A program made the translations under genes and the position numbers. The notes beneath the pieces were generated by a model. It was not told where the DNA came from. It searched no databases and was given only the letters and a program-made list of their open reading frames with translations. Positions 8,959 through 19,027 of a DNA stretch of 54,116 nt are shown here, piece after piece (position 1 is the first letter of the stretch; every line of letters starts with the position of its first letter). This stretch comes from a virus (Duplodnaviria > Caudoviricetes): the IMG/VR virus record IMGVR_UViG_3300027898_000011, positions 1-54,116 of that record. One strand, 5' to 3'.

Positions 8959-10319
8959 TGCCCCTTCAACTCCACCCTTATCAAGAAGAAGGCGCGTCCT
9001 TTCTCGCTCAGCGCCGTAGGGCGGGTCTGTTTGACGACATGGGCCTGGGCAAGACGGCGCAGACAATCCGCGCCCTTGACCTCCGTAGGGCGGTTAAAGG
9101 CATGGTGGTCTGTCCGGCTGCGGTGCGGCAGACATGGGTGGGCGAGTTCGCCAAGTTCTCTAGCCTTAACCGACGGGTAGCCAAGGCCACCACCATTCAC
9201 GATTTTAGGGCGTGGCAGCGCGGTCTGTATGATGTGATCATCGTTAGTTACGAAATGGCGGCCAAGTGGGCACCGTTAGTGGCCGCAGATTGCATCTGCA
9301 TGGATTTTGTAGTGCTGGACGAGTCTCACTACCTTAAGTCCATTGCGGCTGTCAGGACGCAGAAAATCCTTGGCCCAGAGGCGGCGGGCGATGGTTTAAC
9401 CGCCTGGGCGGATGCGGCGTGGTACTTGTCAGGGACGCCCGTGCCTAACGATCCTATAGACATTCACACTTTTCTCTACTCCACCGGAGCCACGCCGTTA
9501 AACCTTAACGAATTCCGCCGGGAGTATTTTACTAGCTACGCTCGGACGTTTAGCCCGGCGCACGAAGTTAATGAAGACAAAATTGACGAGCTTCGGGAAC
9601 TGTTAGACCGTTACCGCATTCGTAGAACACTAGCAACAGCGGGGCTCGAATTACCAGAAATCTTCATAACCGACACCGTCATTGACGGGGATACGTCAGC
9701 GGTTAAGCAGCTTTTGCTCGCCCATCCAGGGTTGGATCAGCTTATTGTTCAGGTACTTGAGCAAGGTTCCGGGTTGTCCGGTATTACTCTTGATGTTTCT
9801 GGGCATATTGCGACCCTGCGCCGCTTGATTGGCGAGGCAAAAGCACTACCTTACGCTAAGATGCTGCTAGAGGAACTTCACAGTGGAACAGAAAAAGCCG
9901 TTGTGTTCGGAATCCACAAGCAGTGCCTACAGATCGTGGCAGACTATCTTACAAGCCACGGGATTAGGTGCGTGTCTGTCACCGGAGACGTTAAGGAAGA
10001 CGACCGTGTTGCAAACATGGCCGAGTTCCAAAACGACCCGGCGTGCCGAGTTTTTCTCGGAAATATCAGGGCCGCCGGTGTCGGCCTGACTCTGACAGCC
10101 GCCAACCGGATTGACATGCTAGAAAGCGACTGGACGCCAGCGGGCAATGCGCAAGCGATTAAGCGCGTCCACCGTATCTCGCAGGTCAGGAACGTTCTCG
10201 CCCGTTTCATTACTTTGGCGAAGTCGTTTGACGAAACTGTTAACGCCATTGTGGCAGAGAAAACCCGCAGAATTGCGGCCATAGATGATGTAGGAGCTAT
10301 GTATGCCAACCCTGTTTAA
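8958..10319 (+). CDS. SNF2-family DEAD/DEAH-box helicase
   Basis: L.PYQ, DMGLGKT (Walker A), VVLDESH (Walker B), SGTP, GVGLTLT.A, QA..RVHR. Confidence 0.95.
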   Translation: MPLQLHPYQEEGASFLAQRRRAGLFDDMGLGKTAQTIRALDLRRAVKGMVVCPAAVRQTWVGEFAKFSSLNRRVAKATTIHDFRAWQRGLYDVIIVSYEMAAKWAPLVAADCICMDFVVLDESHYLKSIAAVRTQKILGPEAAGDGLTAWADAAWYLSGTPVPNDPIDIHTFLYSTGATPLNLNEFRREYFTSYARTFSPAHEVNEDKIDELRELLDRYRIRRTLATAGLELPEIFITDTVIDGDTSAVKQLLLAHPGLDQLIVQVLEQGSGLSGITLDVSGHIATLRRLIGEAKALPYAKMLLEELHSGTEKAVVFGIHKQCLQIVADYLTSHGIRCVSVTGDVKEDDRVANMAEFQNDPACRVFLGNIRAAGVGLTLTAANRIDMLESDWTPAGNAQAIKRVHRISQVRNVLARFITLAKSFDETVNAIVAEKTRRIAAIDDVGAMYANPV

Positions 10320-10584
10320 CTACGACGAAATCCGCCGTCGGGTCGCTAATCAGAATCATGAAGACACGCCTATGGTGCTGGCCTTCTTTGCGCTGACTCA
10401 GGCGGTCTGCTTCGCTATTGAGAACGGTTGCGACATGGCCGATCTTAATGATGCGTTTTGGGAACTTGACGCCACCATGGCGGAAATTGACCTTAATGTT
10501 CCCGGCGACGACGCTCAAGTAGCGCAATTTGTATTGCGAGCTTTCCGTGATGCCGCTAATGCGGCGGGCGTGCTGAAGGAATAA
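10303..10584 (+). CDS. hypothetical protein
   Basis: AGGAG RBS. Confidence 0.7.
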   Translation: MPTLFNYDEIRRRVANQNHEDTPMVLAFFALTQAVCFAIENGCDMADLNDAFWELDATMAEIDLNVPGDDAQVAQFVLRAFRDAANAAGVLKE

Positions 10585-10589
10585 TCAGC

Positions 10590-11024
10590 ATGAAGATTCA
10601 TATTGAACTTGACACTGATTTTGGTGACGACGTTGCGGCGCTGCGTGCTATTGCCGGGGTTTTTGCCCCGGCGGTAGAGGTTAAGGTTCGTACGGGCACG
10701 TCTGAGTTAGCCGCTCAGCTTTTTAACCCGCCGGGAAACCAAGAACCGGCGAAAATTGCAGCTACTAGCGGCTACGTTACCGTTTTGCCCGACACGGACA
10801 AGACGCAACCGCGACAGGAAGCGGTTGTTGAGCCTTCTTCGGTCACTATTGACGACATGAAGGCGGTCATGGGGCGGTTTATCGCCACCCCCACGTCCGG
10901 TGGGCCTGCGGCTCTTGTGGCGCTGTTGAAGCCCTACGGCGCTTCGTGCCTGATTGGTGAAAATCAGCTTGATCCGAAGCACTATGCGGCGGTTAAAGCT
11001 GACATTGAGAAGGCGCTTGCATAA
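10590..11024 (+). CDS. hypothetical protein typical of the position upstream of DUF2800 nuclease genes
   Basis: C-terminal 'LL..YGA.......L.P..Y..V' motif; AAGGA RBS. Confidence 0.75.
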   Translation: MKIHIELDTDFGDDVAALRAIAGVFAPAVEVKVRTGTSELAAQLFNPPGNQEPAKIAATSGYVTVLPDTDKTQPRQEAVVEPSSVTIDDMKAVMGRFIATPTSGGPAALVALLKPYGASCLIGENQLDPKHYAAVKADIEKALA

Positions 11025-11191
11025 TGGACGATGAAGCTTTTAAGCGCATGGTGATTAACTTAGAAGAGTTAGTTGCTGACGCCTCTGCTTTTGGCCGTGT
11101 TTACGGACCCAAAACCATTGAAATTATCGTTACCACAGACGACGGCGATGTGCTTACCACAACGCTTGAATTTGAAAAGGTCAAGAAGTAA
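11024..11191 (+). CDS. hypothetical protein, 55 aa (MDDEAFKRMV...)
   Basis: Translated by hand; TAATG overlaps at both ends. Confidence 0.65.
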   Translation: MDDEAFKRMVINLEELVADASAFGRVYGPKTIEIIVTTDDGDVLTTTLEFEKVKK

Positions 11192-12402
11192 TGTCTGACG
11201 GGCACGGCGAAAGAAAACACGCAAAATACAGTGGTTCTAATGTGTTTCGCTTTCGCCGCTGTCCGGCTCAGGCTCGCTTTGCGCGATCACTAAACCGGCC
11301 TGCGCGGGACACGCAATATGCCGAAGAAGGCACAAAAGTTCACGAGCTACTGGAATGGTGCCTGACGGAGGGCCACAACCCCACCGACCACGAGCATTAC
11401 AGCGAAAAACGTTACGCCAGCGTCGAGTATGTATTGAATTACGTGGCCGCGTTGCGCGTTACGCATCCCGATATTGTTATCCGTCAAGAGCAGATCGTTT
11501 ATTTTCCTCAAAACGTAGTGCCAAAAGACGATTGCTGCGGACTGGCGGATATTGTATGGTTTTCGCCCTCCGCCGGTGTCGGTGGGGTTATTGACTACAA
11601 GAACGGATACCAAATCGTCGATGATCCCGAATATAACGACCAGCTTTGGTTTTACGGCACTGCTGCTTTTTGGTCTTTACCTGTTTCTCGCGTCACTTTG
11701 GCTATCATTCAGCCAAACGGTCCTTGCGCGCCTGTCAGGGAACACACAATTGATGCGACAGAATTGTTGCAGTTTGCTGCCGACATTAACAAAGTTCTTA
11801 TGGATTGCGAAGCCTCAGACGCTCGGTTGGTCCCTGGCGATTGGTGCACGAGTTGCGGAGTCGGTGCGGAGTGCGGAGCGCGTGAGCGTGAAGCCATTGA
11901 AGCTTTGACCGGCAAGCCCGGCCCTCACACCTATCTTGCGGTGGACGAAATACCCAAGGCGGGTGAGATTGACGTTGCCCGCTGGGCGGCGATTAGGGCC
12001 AAGGCCAAGTTCATTCGTAAATGGCTAGACGACATTGACGACGCCGCGCTGGCTTACGCTTTAGAGGGCGGCGAAATCCCGGGCGAGAAACTCGTCCAGG
12101 CTAACCCGCGCCGTCAGTGGTCAGCAGGCCCCAGGGGCACCGCCGAGGCGCTCAGCGAGCTTTTGGGTGTTCCTGCTGAGCGGTTTTTAGAGACGGACGT
12201 TATCGGCATCACAAAAGCCGAGGCGTTAGTCAAGGAAGCCGCGAAGAAAGCTCCGAACCCTGACGATCTGCGCGAACGCTTTGCTCGCCTGACGTTTAAG
12301 CAATCGTCCGGTAATCTTTCTCTTGTTAGCGTGGACGATAAGCGTCCTGCGTATAACGCGGCTAAGTCTACGTTTGGCCTTGTTTTGCCAGCAGAGGAAT
12401 AA
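11191..12402 (+). CDS. DUF2800 family PD-(D/E)XK (Cas4/RecB-like) exonuclease
   Basis: HA..S.S...CP, A.EGT..H, G.AD, VIDYK.G, N.QL..Y, IIQP, PG.WC..C. Confidence 0.92.
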   Translation: MSDGHGERKHAKYSGSNVFRFRRCPAQARFARSLNRPARDTQYAEEGTKVHELLEWCLTEGHNPTDHEHYSEKRYASVEYVLNYVAALRVTHPDIVIRQEQIVYFPQNVVPKDDCCGLADIVWFSPSAGVGGVIDYKNGYQIVDDPEYNDQLWFYGTAAFWSLPVSRVTLAIIQPNGPCAPVREHTIDATELLQFAADINKVLMDCEASDARLVPGDWCTSCGVGAECGAREREAIEALTGKPGPHTYLAVDEIPKAGEIDVARWAAIRAKAKFIRKWLDDIDDAALAYALEGGEIPGEKLVQANPRRQWSAGPRGTAEALSELLGVPAERFLETDVIGITKAEALVKEAAKKAPNPDDLRERFARLTFKQSSGNLSLVSVDDKRPAYNAAKSTFGLVLPAEE

Positions 12403-12405
12403 CTC

Positions 12406-12675
12406 ATGACAAGAAAACAAATAAAAAAGCGATTAGAAGAGATAAAAAAGAAGTATCAGTTGGCGCGCCTTGAAGAACTAAAACTTCAAACTGCTTGCCC
12501 TCACGCCGATTTAACCTATGTTTATTTAGGCAGCACCGGAAACTACGATCCAAGCGCAGATTCTACTTGGATTGATTGGAAATGTTCTGATTGCGAAAAA
12601 CAGTGGCGCACTCCGCAAGGGCGCGAGTTTTTAACTAAATATCCCCATGCGGTAGATAAAACATACAGCCGTTAA
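12406..12675 (+). CDS. hypothetical zinc-binding protein
   Basis: CPH...GNYD....W..W.C..C.K.W; GAGG RBS. Confidence 0.7.
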   Translation: MTRKQIKKRLEEIKKKYQLARLEELKLQTACPHADLTYVYLGSTGNYDPSADSTWIDWKCSDCEKQWRTPQGREFLTKYPHAVDKTYSR

Positions 12676-12678
12676 CCC

Positions 12679-12706
12679 TTGAACTACGCTTAGACTTGAT
12701 TAGCTA
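12679..12706 (+). promoter_or_regulatory. putative promoter TTGAAC-N16-TAGCTA
   Basis: Recurrent motif upstream of the SSB operon. Confidence 0.45.
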
Positions 12707-12731
12707 ATATGATTCCACAGGAGAGAAGGAT

Positions 12732-12920
12732 ATGATTTTGCCAGATGTTACGGTTGAGCGTAAGCTCACCTATGATGGCAAACCCTACGTTATTGTTACG
12801 GCAGCAGGCCGGGGTTACAATGACGACCGGGTTGCAGTTTTTAGCGGTCCCGACGCAGAAAAGTTAGCTTGGGCCTTTTCCGCAGCAGTGTACAACCACA
12901 GAAAAGAGGATAACACTTAA
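12732..12920 (+). CDS. hypothetical protein
   Basis: AAGGA RBS. Confidence 0.65.
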   Translation: MILPDVTVERKLTYDGKPYVIVTAAGRGYNDDRVAVFSGPDAEKLAWAFSAAVYNHRKEDNT

Positions 12921-13633
12921 TGCCTATGAACCATTCCGCTAAGTCAGACGAGTGGATTAGTAAGGCCGTAGCGGCCAATCCGATTAAAGTGGCCGCCAAC
13001 GGCAACATCATCACTTGTCCGGTGCGGATTACCTACGCCAACGTTTTCCGGCCCGCACCGCCCCAGCGTGGGGAAGTTGCAGACCCGAACAAGACGCCTA
13101 AGTTTGGCGCTACGTTCTTGTTCCCGCCCGGAGTTGAAGGCCAGATTGAGAGTGTGATTAAGCCTGCTCTTCTTAACATGGCTCGCATCACGTTCCCGCG
13201 TAACTTTGACCCCGACACTGGCGAAGTGTCAGGTTTGCACTTTCCGATCCGTAGCCAAAGCGAAAAGATCGATCTTCAAGGTTTTACTCGTGGCGCGCTG
13301 TTCTTCAACGCAACCTCGAAGTATAAGCCGCAGATTGTCGATACGTCGATGAACGAAATCACTGACGAGTCCCGCATCTATAACGGTCTGTGGGTGCTGG
13401 CCGCGCTTAATCCGTACACATTTAATGATCCGAAGAAGAAGGGTCTTTCCCTTGGCCTTCAGATGCTTATGGTGTTCTCGGATGACACTAAGCTGGTTTC
13501 CGCTAAGGCCGATCCTGCCGCCGCGTTTGCGGGGGTAAAGATCGACTCTACGTTCGATGTGGACAATGCGTTCGGTCAGGCTAAGACTGAGCCGCCTGCT
13601 CGAACGGGTGCCGACACGACTAAGTTGTGGTAA
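12920..13633 (+). CDS. DUF2815 family single-stranded DNA-binding protein
   Basis: VR.TY..VF.P, PK.G, F.NA.S...P.IVD, IY.G, G.S.GL; located between nuclease and polymerase. Confidence 0.88.
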   Translation: MPMNHSAKSDEWISKAVAANPIKVAANGNIITCPVRITYANVFRPAPPQRGEVADPNKTPKFGATFLFPPGVEGQIESVIKPALLNMARITFPRNFDPDTGEVSGLHFPIRSQSEKIDLQGFTRGALFFNATSKYKPQIVDTSMNEITDESRIYNGLWVLAALNPYTFNDPKKKGLSLGLQMLMVFSDDTKLVSAKADPAAAFAGVKIDSTFDVDNAFGQAKTEPPARTGADTTKLW

Positions 13634-13635
13634 TC

Positions 13636-13658
13636 AGAGGGGCTCCGGCCCCTCTTTT
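13636..13658 (+). terminator. intrinsic terminator after the SSB gene
   Basis: AGAGGGGC-TCCG-GCCCCTCT-TTT. Confidence 0.7.
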
Positions 13659-13671
13659 ACTTGGAAATTCA

Positions 13672-15912
13672 GTGGACATTCTACACATAGATTTTGAGTC
13701 CGGTTCGGCAGTAGAACTAGGAGACGTCGGCGTTCACAAATACGCCGAGCATTGGTCTACGCACGTCTATTGCATGGCCTATCGTTTCAATGATGAAGAA
13801 AAACAAATTTGGTACATGTGGGAGTCTTTCCCGCAGCGCGTGATTGACCACGTTGCCGGTGGGGGGATTGTGGTAGCGCATAACGCTTCGTTCGAGCGCG
13901 CGCTTTGGAACGTAGTTCTGCCGCGACCTAACTTAATCGACGGCTACGATCCTATTCCGGTGCCCCGGATGCAGATAGACCAGATGGTCTGTACGATGGC
14001 CCGCGCCGCAGCACTGGCCCTTCCTGGCGGCTTGGATTACATCGCTCGGGTTATGGGGGCCGAATCCCGCAAGGACGACGTAGGCGGCAAGCTTATGATG
14101 AAGTTTGCCAAGCCGCTGACCCGCACCATGGGCGAAGACGGGCGCGAGACTTACACGTTTTACCGCGACCGTGAAGACATGCTGAAGGTGGGTGATTACT
14201 GCCTTCAGGACGTGGAAGTTGAAACGGAAATTGATCGCCTCCTGCTTCAGCACAAGCCGCGCGAGCGGTCTGTATGGTTGCTTGATCAAAAGATTAACGA
14301 CCGGGGCGTGAAGCTTGATTTGGAACTGGTCAAGGTGGCCACCGAAGTTGCCGACGTGGGCGAGGCGCGACTGCACAAGCGCATGGCCGAGATAACCGAG
14401 GGCGCGGTGCCGTCCTGCACCCAGGTTGCCAAGCTGGTAGCCTGGATCAATTCGCGGGGCATTCCGTGCACGTCAATCGCCAAGGGCGTGCAGACGGAGC
14501 TAATCGCTGCTGCCTCGGTCTTGGACCCCACCGTTGAGGAGGCCATACGGTTGCGCCAAGCGGCTGGAAAAGGCACGCCTACCAGCAAATATCAGACCAT
14601 GCTGGACTGCGCCGGTTTTGACGGCAAAGCGCGCGGTCAGCTTATGTACCACGGCGCTACTACAGGCCGGTGGGCCGGGCGGCTTATTCAGTTCCAGAAC
14701 CTTCCGGGGGTTGACCCTGACCGCGATCTAGCGAACGTCGAGGCGGTGGTGGCTATTTTGGGCTGCCCGCATCTGGGCGCGGAAGAAAAAGCTGACGCCA
14801 TACAGATGTTAACCGGCTCTATTATGCCGGTGCTGTCTAAGTCGCTGCGCCACATGCTTGTGGCGTCTGCGGGCTGTCGTTTCATCGGCGGGGACTTGTC
14901 TAACATTGAGGGCTGCGTTGCCGCGTGGCTGGCTGGCGAAGAATGGAAGGTTGAAGCCTACCGCGAGTATCAGGCCAAGCGCGGTCCTGATCTATACATA
15001 GCTACCTATTGTCGTACGTTTGGCGCGGATTTATCTGAGGTAGATAAGTTCCGTAGACAAATCGGTAAGGTTATCGAACTGGCTTGTGGTTTTGGCGGAG
15101 GAATAGGCGCTTTTATTTCAGCCGCTAAAATATACAATATCGATCTTAAAACGCTTGTGGCCCCGGTAAAAGCTATAACACAAGCTGAAGTTTGGGCTAA
15201 AGCGGAAAAACGCTACGAGACGACTTCTAGCGGTAACAGGTATGGTCTAGAGCTAGACGTGTGGTGCGCCGTACGTATAACTGTTGATAACTGGCGTAAC
15301 TCGCATCCGGCCATTACCGGAGGCTGGTACGACCTACAAGACGCGGCCATCCATGCTGTTAGCACGCCGGGCGAAGTTGTTGAAATATTTGGCGGCAAGG
15401 TCGCTTACGTCTACGCAAGGCAGGTGCTTTGGTGCAAGCTGCCAAGTGGCCGGGCTCTGGCCTACCACCGCCCATGGGTTAAAAAATCAACCACGGAAGT
15501 CTTGAAAAACGCTAACGGCGAGACAAAAGTAGTTGAAGAAGACGAAATTGTTGAGCATCTGAAAGACGGATGGGTCCAGACGGGCGAAAACGGCCCCGCG
15601 CGCTACCGTGTTATGTACGAGGGTTACGATAACACGTCGAAGCGCTGGACGCGGTTTAGCCTCTACGGTGGCCATCAGTTTGAGAACATAGTTCAGGCTA
15701 TTGCGAGGGACGTTATGGTTGAAGGTATGTTCCGGGCTGAAGCTAAGGGCTACCCGATTGTCTTGACGGTTCACGACGAACTGTTAACAGACGTGCCGGT
15801 AGGCCATGGTAGTGTGGCAGAATTGCAACAGATTATGTCTACGGTGCCTGATTGGGCAGAAGGGCTGCCTCTAGCAGCGAAAACTTGGGAGGATTTTAGG
15901 TATGCAAAATGA
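13672..15912 (+). CDS. polA: family A DNA polymerase with 3'-5' exonuclease domain (APSE-like)
   Basis: HIDFE (ExoI), AHNA.FER, YC.QDV, TGRWAG, DLSNIE (motif A), R..GKV.ELA.GFG (motif B), VHDE (motif C); GTG 13672 preferred over 13627. Confidence 0.95.
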   Translation: MDILHIDFESGSAVELGDVGVHKYAEHWSTHVYCMAYRFNDEEKQIWYMWESFPQRVIDHVAGGGIVVAHNASFERALWNVVLPRPNLIDGYDPIPVPRMQIDQMVCTMARAAALALPGGLDYIARVMGAESRKDDVGGKLMMKFAKPLTRTMGEDGRETYTFYRDREDMLKVGDYCLQDVEVETEIDRLLLQHKPRERSVWLLDQKINDRGVKLDLELVKVATEVADVGEARLHKRMAEITEGAVPSCTQVAKLVAWINSRGIPCTSIAKGVQTELIAAASVLDPTVEEAIRLRQAAGKGTPTSKYQTMLDCAGFDGKARGQLMYHGATTGRWAGRLIQFQNLPGVDPDRDLANVEAVVAILGCPHLGAEEKADAIQMLTGSIMPVLSKSLRHMLVASAGCRFIGGDLSNIEGCVAAWLAGEEWKVEAYREYQAKRGPDLYIATYCRTFGADLSEVDKFRRQIGKVIELACGFGGGIGAFISAAKIYNIDLKTLVAPVKAITQAEVWAKAEKRYETTSSGNRYGLELDVWCAVRITVDNWRNSHPAITGGWYDLQDAAIHAVSTPGEVVEIFGGKVAYVYARQVLWCKLPSGRALAYHRPWVKKSTTEVLKNANGETKVVEEDEIVEHLKDGWVQTGENGPARYRVMYEGYDNTSKRWTRFSLYGGHQFENIVQAIARDVMVEGMFRAEAKGYPIVLTVHDELLTDVPVGHGSVAELQQIMSTVPDWAEGLPLAAKTWEDFRYAK

Positions 15913-16081
15913 CCGAGATACGGTGCTAGCTGGTATTTCTTGGGAAAAACCCCTTGTATTTAGCTCTCTTGGTAACCTTATTGAGGCGTTCCCTGAGTTC
16001 GCAACGGCCAAACCGGTTGAAATGCTAGAGCAGGGCGGAAGACCCTGTTTTATCGACATGGGCGTTTTTACCTTCGAGTAA
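15902..16081 (+). CDS. hypothetical protein, 59 aa
   Basis: Translated by hand; overlaps the end of the polymerase gene. Confidence 0.5.
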   Translation: MQNDRDTVLAGISWEKPLVFSSLGNLIEAFPEFATAKPVEMLEQGGRPCFIDMGVFTFE

Positions 16082-16094
16082 GTAGGAGAAGAAA

Positions 16095-16397
16095 ATGACA
16101 AAAGACGAAATTATCGACCAGTTTAAGAACAAGACGCACCGGTTCATGGCCGAAAAGTTCTTTGAAGGCGGCCCGTTTTTGATTGAACACGTTTTCGGCA
16201 TGTTTAACCGCACTCCGGGCGTTTACAGCCGCCGGGAGCAGCAGCAGCGTTGCGGCTATCAAATCAGCGCGCTGAACAAGGTTCTCATTCCTCACGGGTT
16301 GCGTATTGTTTCCGGCCACCCAAAGGGCTGTTACACGCTGGCCGAGATTGTTCCTGGCACGTCTGAGGTCAATCCTACAAGTATGAGCGCGGTCTAA
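16095..16397 (+). CDS. hypothetical protein (possible winged helix)
   Basis: AGGAG RBS. Confidence 0.65.
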   Translation: MTKDEIIDQFKNKTHRFMAEKFFEGGPFLIEHVFGMFNRTPGVYSRREQQQRCGYQISALNKVLIPHGLRIVSGHPKGCYTLAEIVPGTSEVNPTSMSAV

Positions 16398-16948
16398 TGG
16401 GGCGTTTTCACGAGAGGCACGAAGACGATTACTACAAGACCCCGCCTTCGTGCACTAGGGCGCTGCTTAACGTCGAAACTTTTTCCAACGTCATTGAAGA
16501 GCCTGCTTGCGGTGACGGTGCTATTTCTGAAGTTTTGCGGGACCGCGGCTATTTTGTTTGGAGCAGCGATCTGGTTGCTCGCGGTTACGGGGCGCAGGCC
16601 GATTTTCTGCAAAAAGACGAACGATTTTGCGATAGTCTTGTAACTAACCCACCGTACGCGTTAGCAGAGCAGTTCCTTCTGCACGCACAAGAGCTTGGTT
16701 ACCACAAGATTGCTCTGCTCCTACGTTTGGCTTGGTTAGAAGGCGAAAAACGCCGAGAAACTATTTTTTCGCGGTTTCCGCCAATCCGGATTCACGTTTT
16801 CAGCGCTCGACAGACTTTGTGGAAAGGCGACGACCCTAACGCCAGGACCACAGGCGGTATGGCAGCCTACGCTTGGTTTGTGTGGGAAAAAGATTTTACC
16901 GGAAAACCAACAATCGACTGGATTTCGCGCGAAGAGAGCGTCACTTAG
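16397..16948 (+). CDS. small orphan N6-adenine DNA methyltransferase
   Basis: D.Y.TP, EPACG.G (SAM binding), VTNPPY (catalytic), Y.WFVW. Confidence 0.88.
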   Translation: MGRFHERHEDDYYKTPPSCTRALLNVETFSNVIEEPACGDGAISEVLRDRGYFVWSSDLVARGYGAQADFLQKDERFCDSLVTNPPYALAEQFLLHAQELGYHKIALLLRLAWLEGEKRRETIFSRFPPIRIHVFSARQTLWKGDDPNARTTGGMAAYAWFVWEKDFTGKPTIDWISREESVT

Positions 16949-16953
16949 CGCTC

Positions 16954-16982
16954 TTGCGCTTATGTTCAGGCGCACCTAGATA
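16954..16982 (+). promoter_or_regulatory. putative promoter TTGCGC-N17-TAGATA
   Basis: Recurrent motif upstream of the primase. Confidence 0.45.
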
Positions 16983-17012
16983 TTCAGTCCACTAATAACT
17001 ACCAGGGAAATT

Positions 17013-18995
17013 GTGAGCAAACTACAAGTAGCCCTGGATTTTGCGCGCCGTGGCTACGAGGTTTTTCGCCTCGGAGTTAACAGCAAATACCCGCTCCCGG
17101 GCAGCCACGGCCATCTTGACGCAACCTCCGACGAAACAACAATCCGTAGCTGGTGGACGGGCGCGCTAGGCGAGGCGTTAGACTATAACGTCGGCCTGCG
17201 CATCCCTTCTGGCGTGGTCTTGATTGACCTTGACCAGAAAAAGGGCCGCAATGGCATAGGCGAGTTCTTGGCGCTAGGCGGGGTGCTAGACGGCCTTGTG
17301 GTCCGCACCCCCACGAACGGCTACCACGTATTCGCCACCGGCCCAGACAGCCAAAATACCCAGGGCACGATAGCGCCAGGGGTAGACAGTCGTGGTCAGG
17401 ATGGCTACGGAGTTGCGCCCGGATCGACCATTGACGGCGTGCCTTACGAGATTGTTTCCGACAACCCGCTGTTGCCAGTGCCGGAAGCCATCCTTTCGCG
17501 CTTGCCGCCCCGCCGCATCCGCACAGCGTCTGTCACCACGCACAACGTTGACGATGACTTGCCCGCTAACATTGAGCGGTTCCGTCAAGCTTGTGAGCGC
17601 GCGCCCGGCTCCGTCTCGGGTAGCTGGCACGCGGACACGCTGCGGCTAGTTGCGGAAGCGGTGCGGCTGGCTATCTCATGCGAGACAGCCACCGAAATCA
17701 TGCTTGAAGTCTGGGTGCCGAAAGGGACAGGCTTCTATGAGGATGGGCGCAATGAACGCTGGCCGGGCGATGTATCTGCGTCCTACGATTGGGCTATGCG
17801 CCAGGGCGAGCACGGCATGCACTCTGCCGATGCAGCCTACATAACGTTTAGTGGCATAAATGTCACAGTGCCCGAGGAAGATGTGGCAGAAAAACCACAG
17901 CTTCGGATTATGTATTCGCGCTCTTGGGCCGAGGGTTTGGCTAAGCGCGCCGAGCCGGTCCCCTACTTGATTAAAGGGCTTGTGGGGCCGGGTGACCAGA
18001 TGGCGGTGCTAGGCGGCCCAGGCTGCGGCAAGTCGGTCTTGCTGCCTTACCTAGCCTTCTGCGTAGCCACCGGAACGCCGTTCCTAGAGCGCAAAGTCAA
18101 ACAGGCCCGGGTGCTCTATTTTGCCACCGAAAACGGGGAAGGTTTGGAGCGCCGCTTGCAGGTTTTAGGCGACCGTATGGGCGATCCTGGCGAGTTCTTG
18201 CGTGTGTTTCCGCTGCCTATGAACCTATCGGCTAACAGCGAGGATTGCGAGGCGTTTGCTAACACCCTGAACTATTGGCAGCCCGGGCTTGTTATCATAG
18301 ATACACTGTTCGCGGGTTTTCCTGAGACAGACCTTACAGATCGTGGCGAGTTCGGCATTAACTACGTCGTAAAAGCGTCTAAGGCGTTTACTAACCGGGA
18401 GTCGAGACCGGTGGTTGCCTACGGGCACCATACGCCTAAAAGTGGCGAAGACGCTTATGGCGGCCAGCAGCTACAGGCTATGTTCGACACCACCCTGTTC
18501 GTCAAAGGCAGTTTGAAAGAAGACCGCACCGTAACAGTTCGTAAGAACCGCATGGGGCCAGATGGCGACGATTACACGTTCCGCATAGCATCCGCGCCAG
18601 TATGTGTTGACGAAGAGGGGGACACGATAACAGCGCCCATTATTGAGTGGGTGGAGACACGCAGCGAAGAAGAGCGCTCGCAGGCCGAAAACGACAAGTG
18701 GCTGGCAGAAGTTACAACGGGCGCGCGTAACGTGCTTGATATGCTGCGCCGCTCCACAGAGTTTGAGGTTAAGGAAGGGCGCGGCTGTAGCTTGGCTGAT
18801 CAGCTTGGCGGCGGCCCGAAGGCCCGCATATCTCGTGAGAGCTTGTGCGACGATCTGGTGGCTTTTGGGTTGTTAGAGCCAACCGCGACTCCGGCAGTGC
18901 GCAATCGCGTGGCGGATAAGTTTCTTAGCGATCTTAAGAAACACGGTTTTGTAGACTACGATAGCACGAACGTATGGATTACTCGCCAAAGTTGA
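17013..18995 (+). CDS. bifunctional primase-polymerase fused to AAA_25/RepA-like helicase
   Basis: NVGL...DLD.K, TP..G.H, D.RG..GY.VAPGS; GGPGCGKS Walker A; VIIDT; HH..K. Confidence 0.92.
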   Translation: MSKLQVALDFARRGYEVFRLGVNSKYPLPGSHGHLDATSDETTIRSWWTGALGEALDYNVGLRIPSGVVLIDLDQKKGRNGIGEFLALGGVLDGLVVRTPTNGYHVFATGPDSQNTQGTIAPGVDSRGQDGYGVAPGSTIDGVPYEIVSDNPLLPVPEAILSRLPPRRIRTASVTTHNVDDDLPANIERFRQACERAPGSVSGSWHADTLRLVAEAVRLAISCETATEIMLEVWVPKGTGFYEDGRNERWPGDVSASYDWAMRQGEHGMHSADAAYITFSGINVTVPEEDVAEKPQLRIMYSRSWAEGLAKRAEPVPYLIKGLVGPGDQMAVLGGPGCGKSVLLPYLAFCVATGTPFLERKVKQARVLYFATENGEGLERRLQVLGDRMGDPGEFLRVFPLPMNLSANSEDCEAFANTLNYWQPGLVIIDTLFAGFPETDLTDRGEFGINYVVKASKAFTNRESRPVVAYGHHTPKSGEDAYGGQQLQAMFDTTLFVKGSLKEDRTVTVRKNRMGPDGDDYTFRIASAPVCVDEEGDTITAPIIEWVETRSEEERSQAENDKWLAEVTTGARNVLDMLRRSTEFEVKEGRGCSLADQLGGGPKARISRESLCDDLVAFGLLEPTATPAVRNRVADKFLSDLKKHGFVDYDSTNVWITRQS

Positions 18996-19027
18996 AGTAA
19001 GCTGGAATTTATCTTTGGGAGGTTAAT

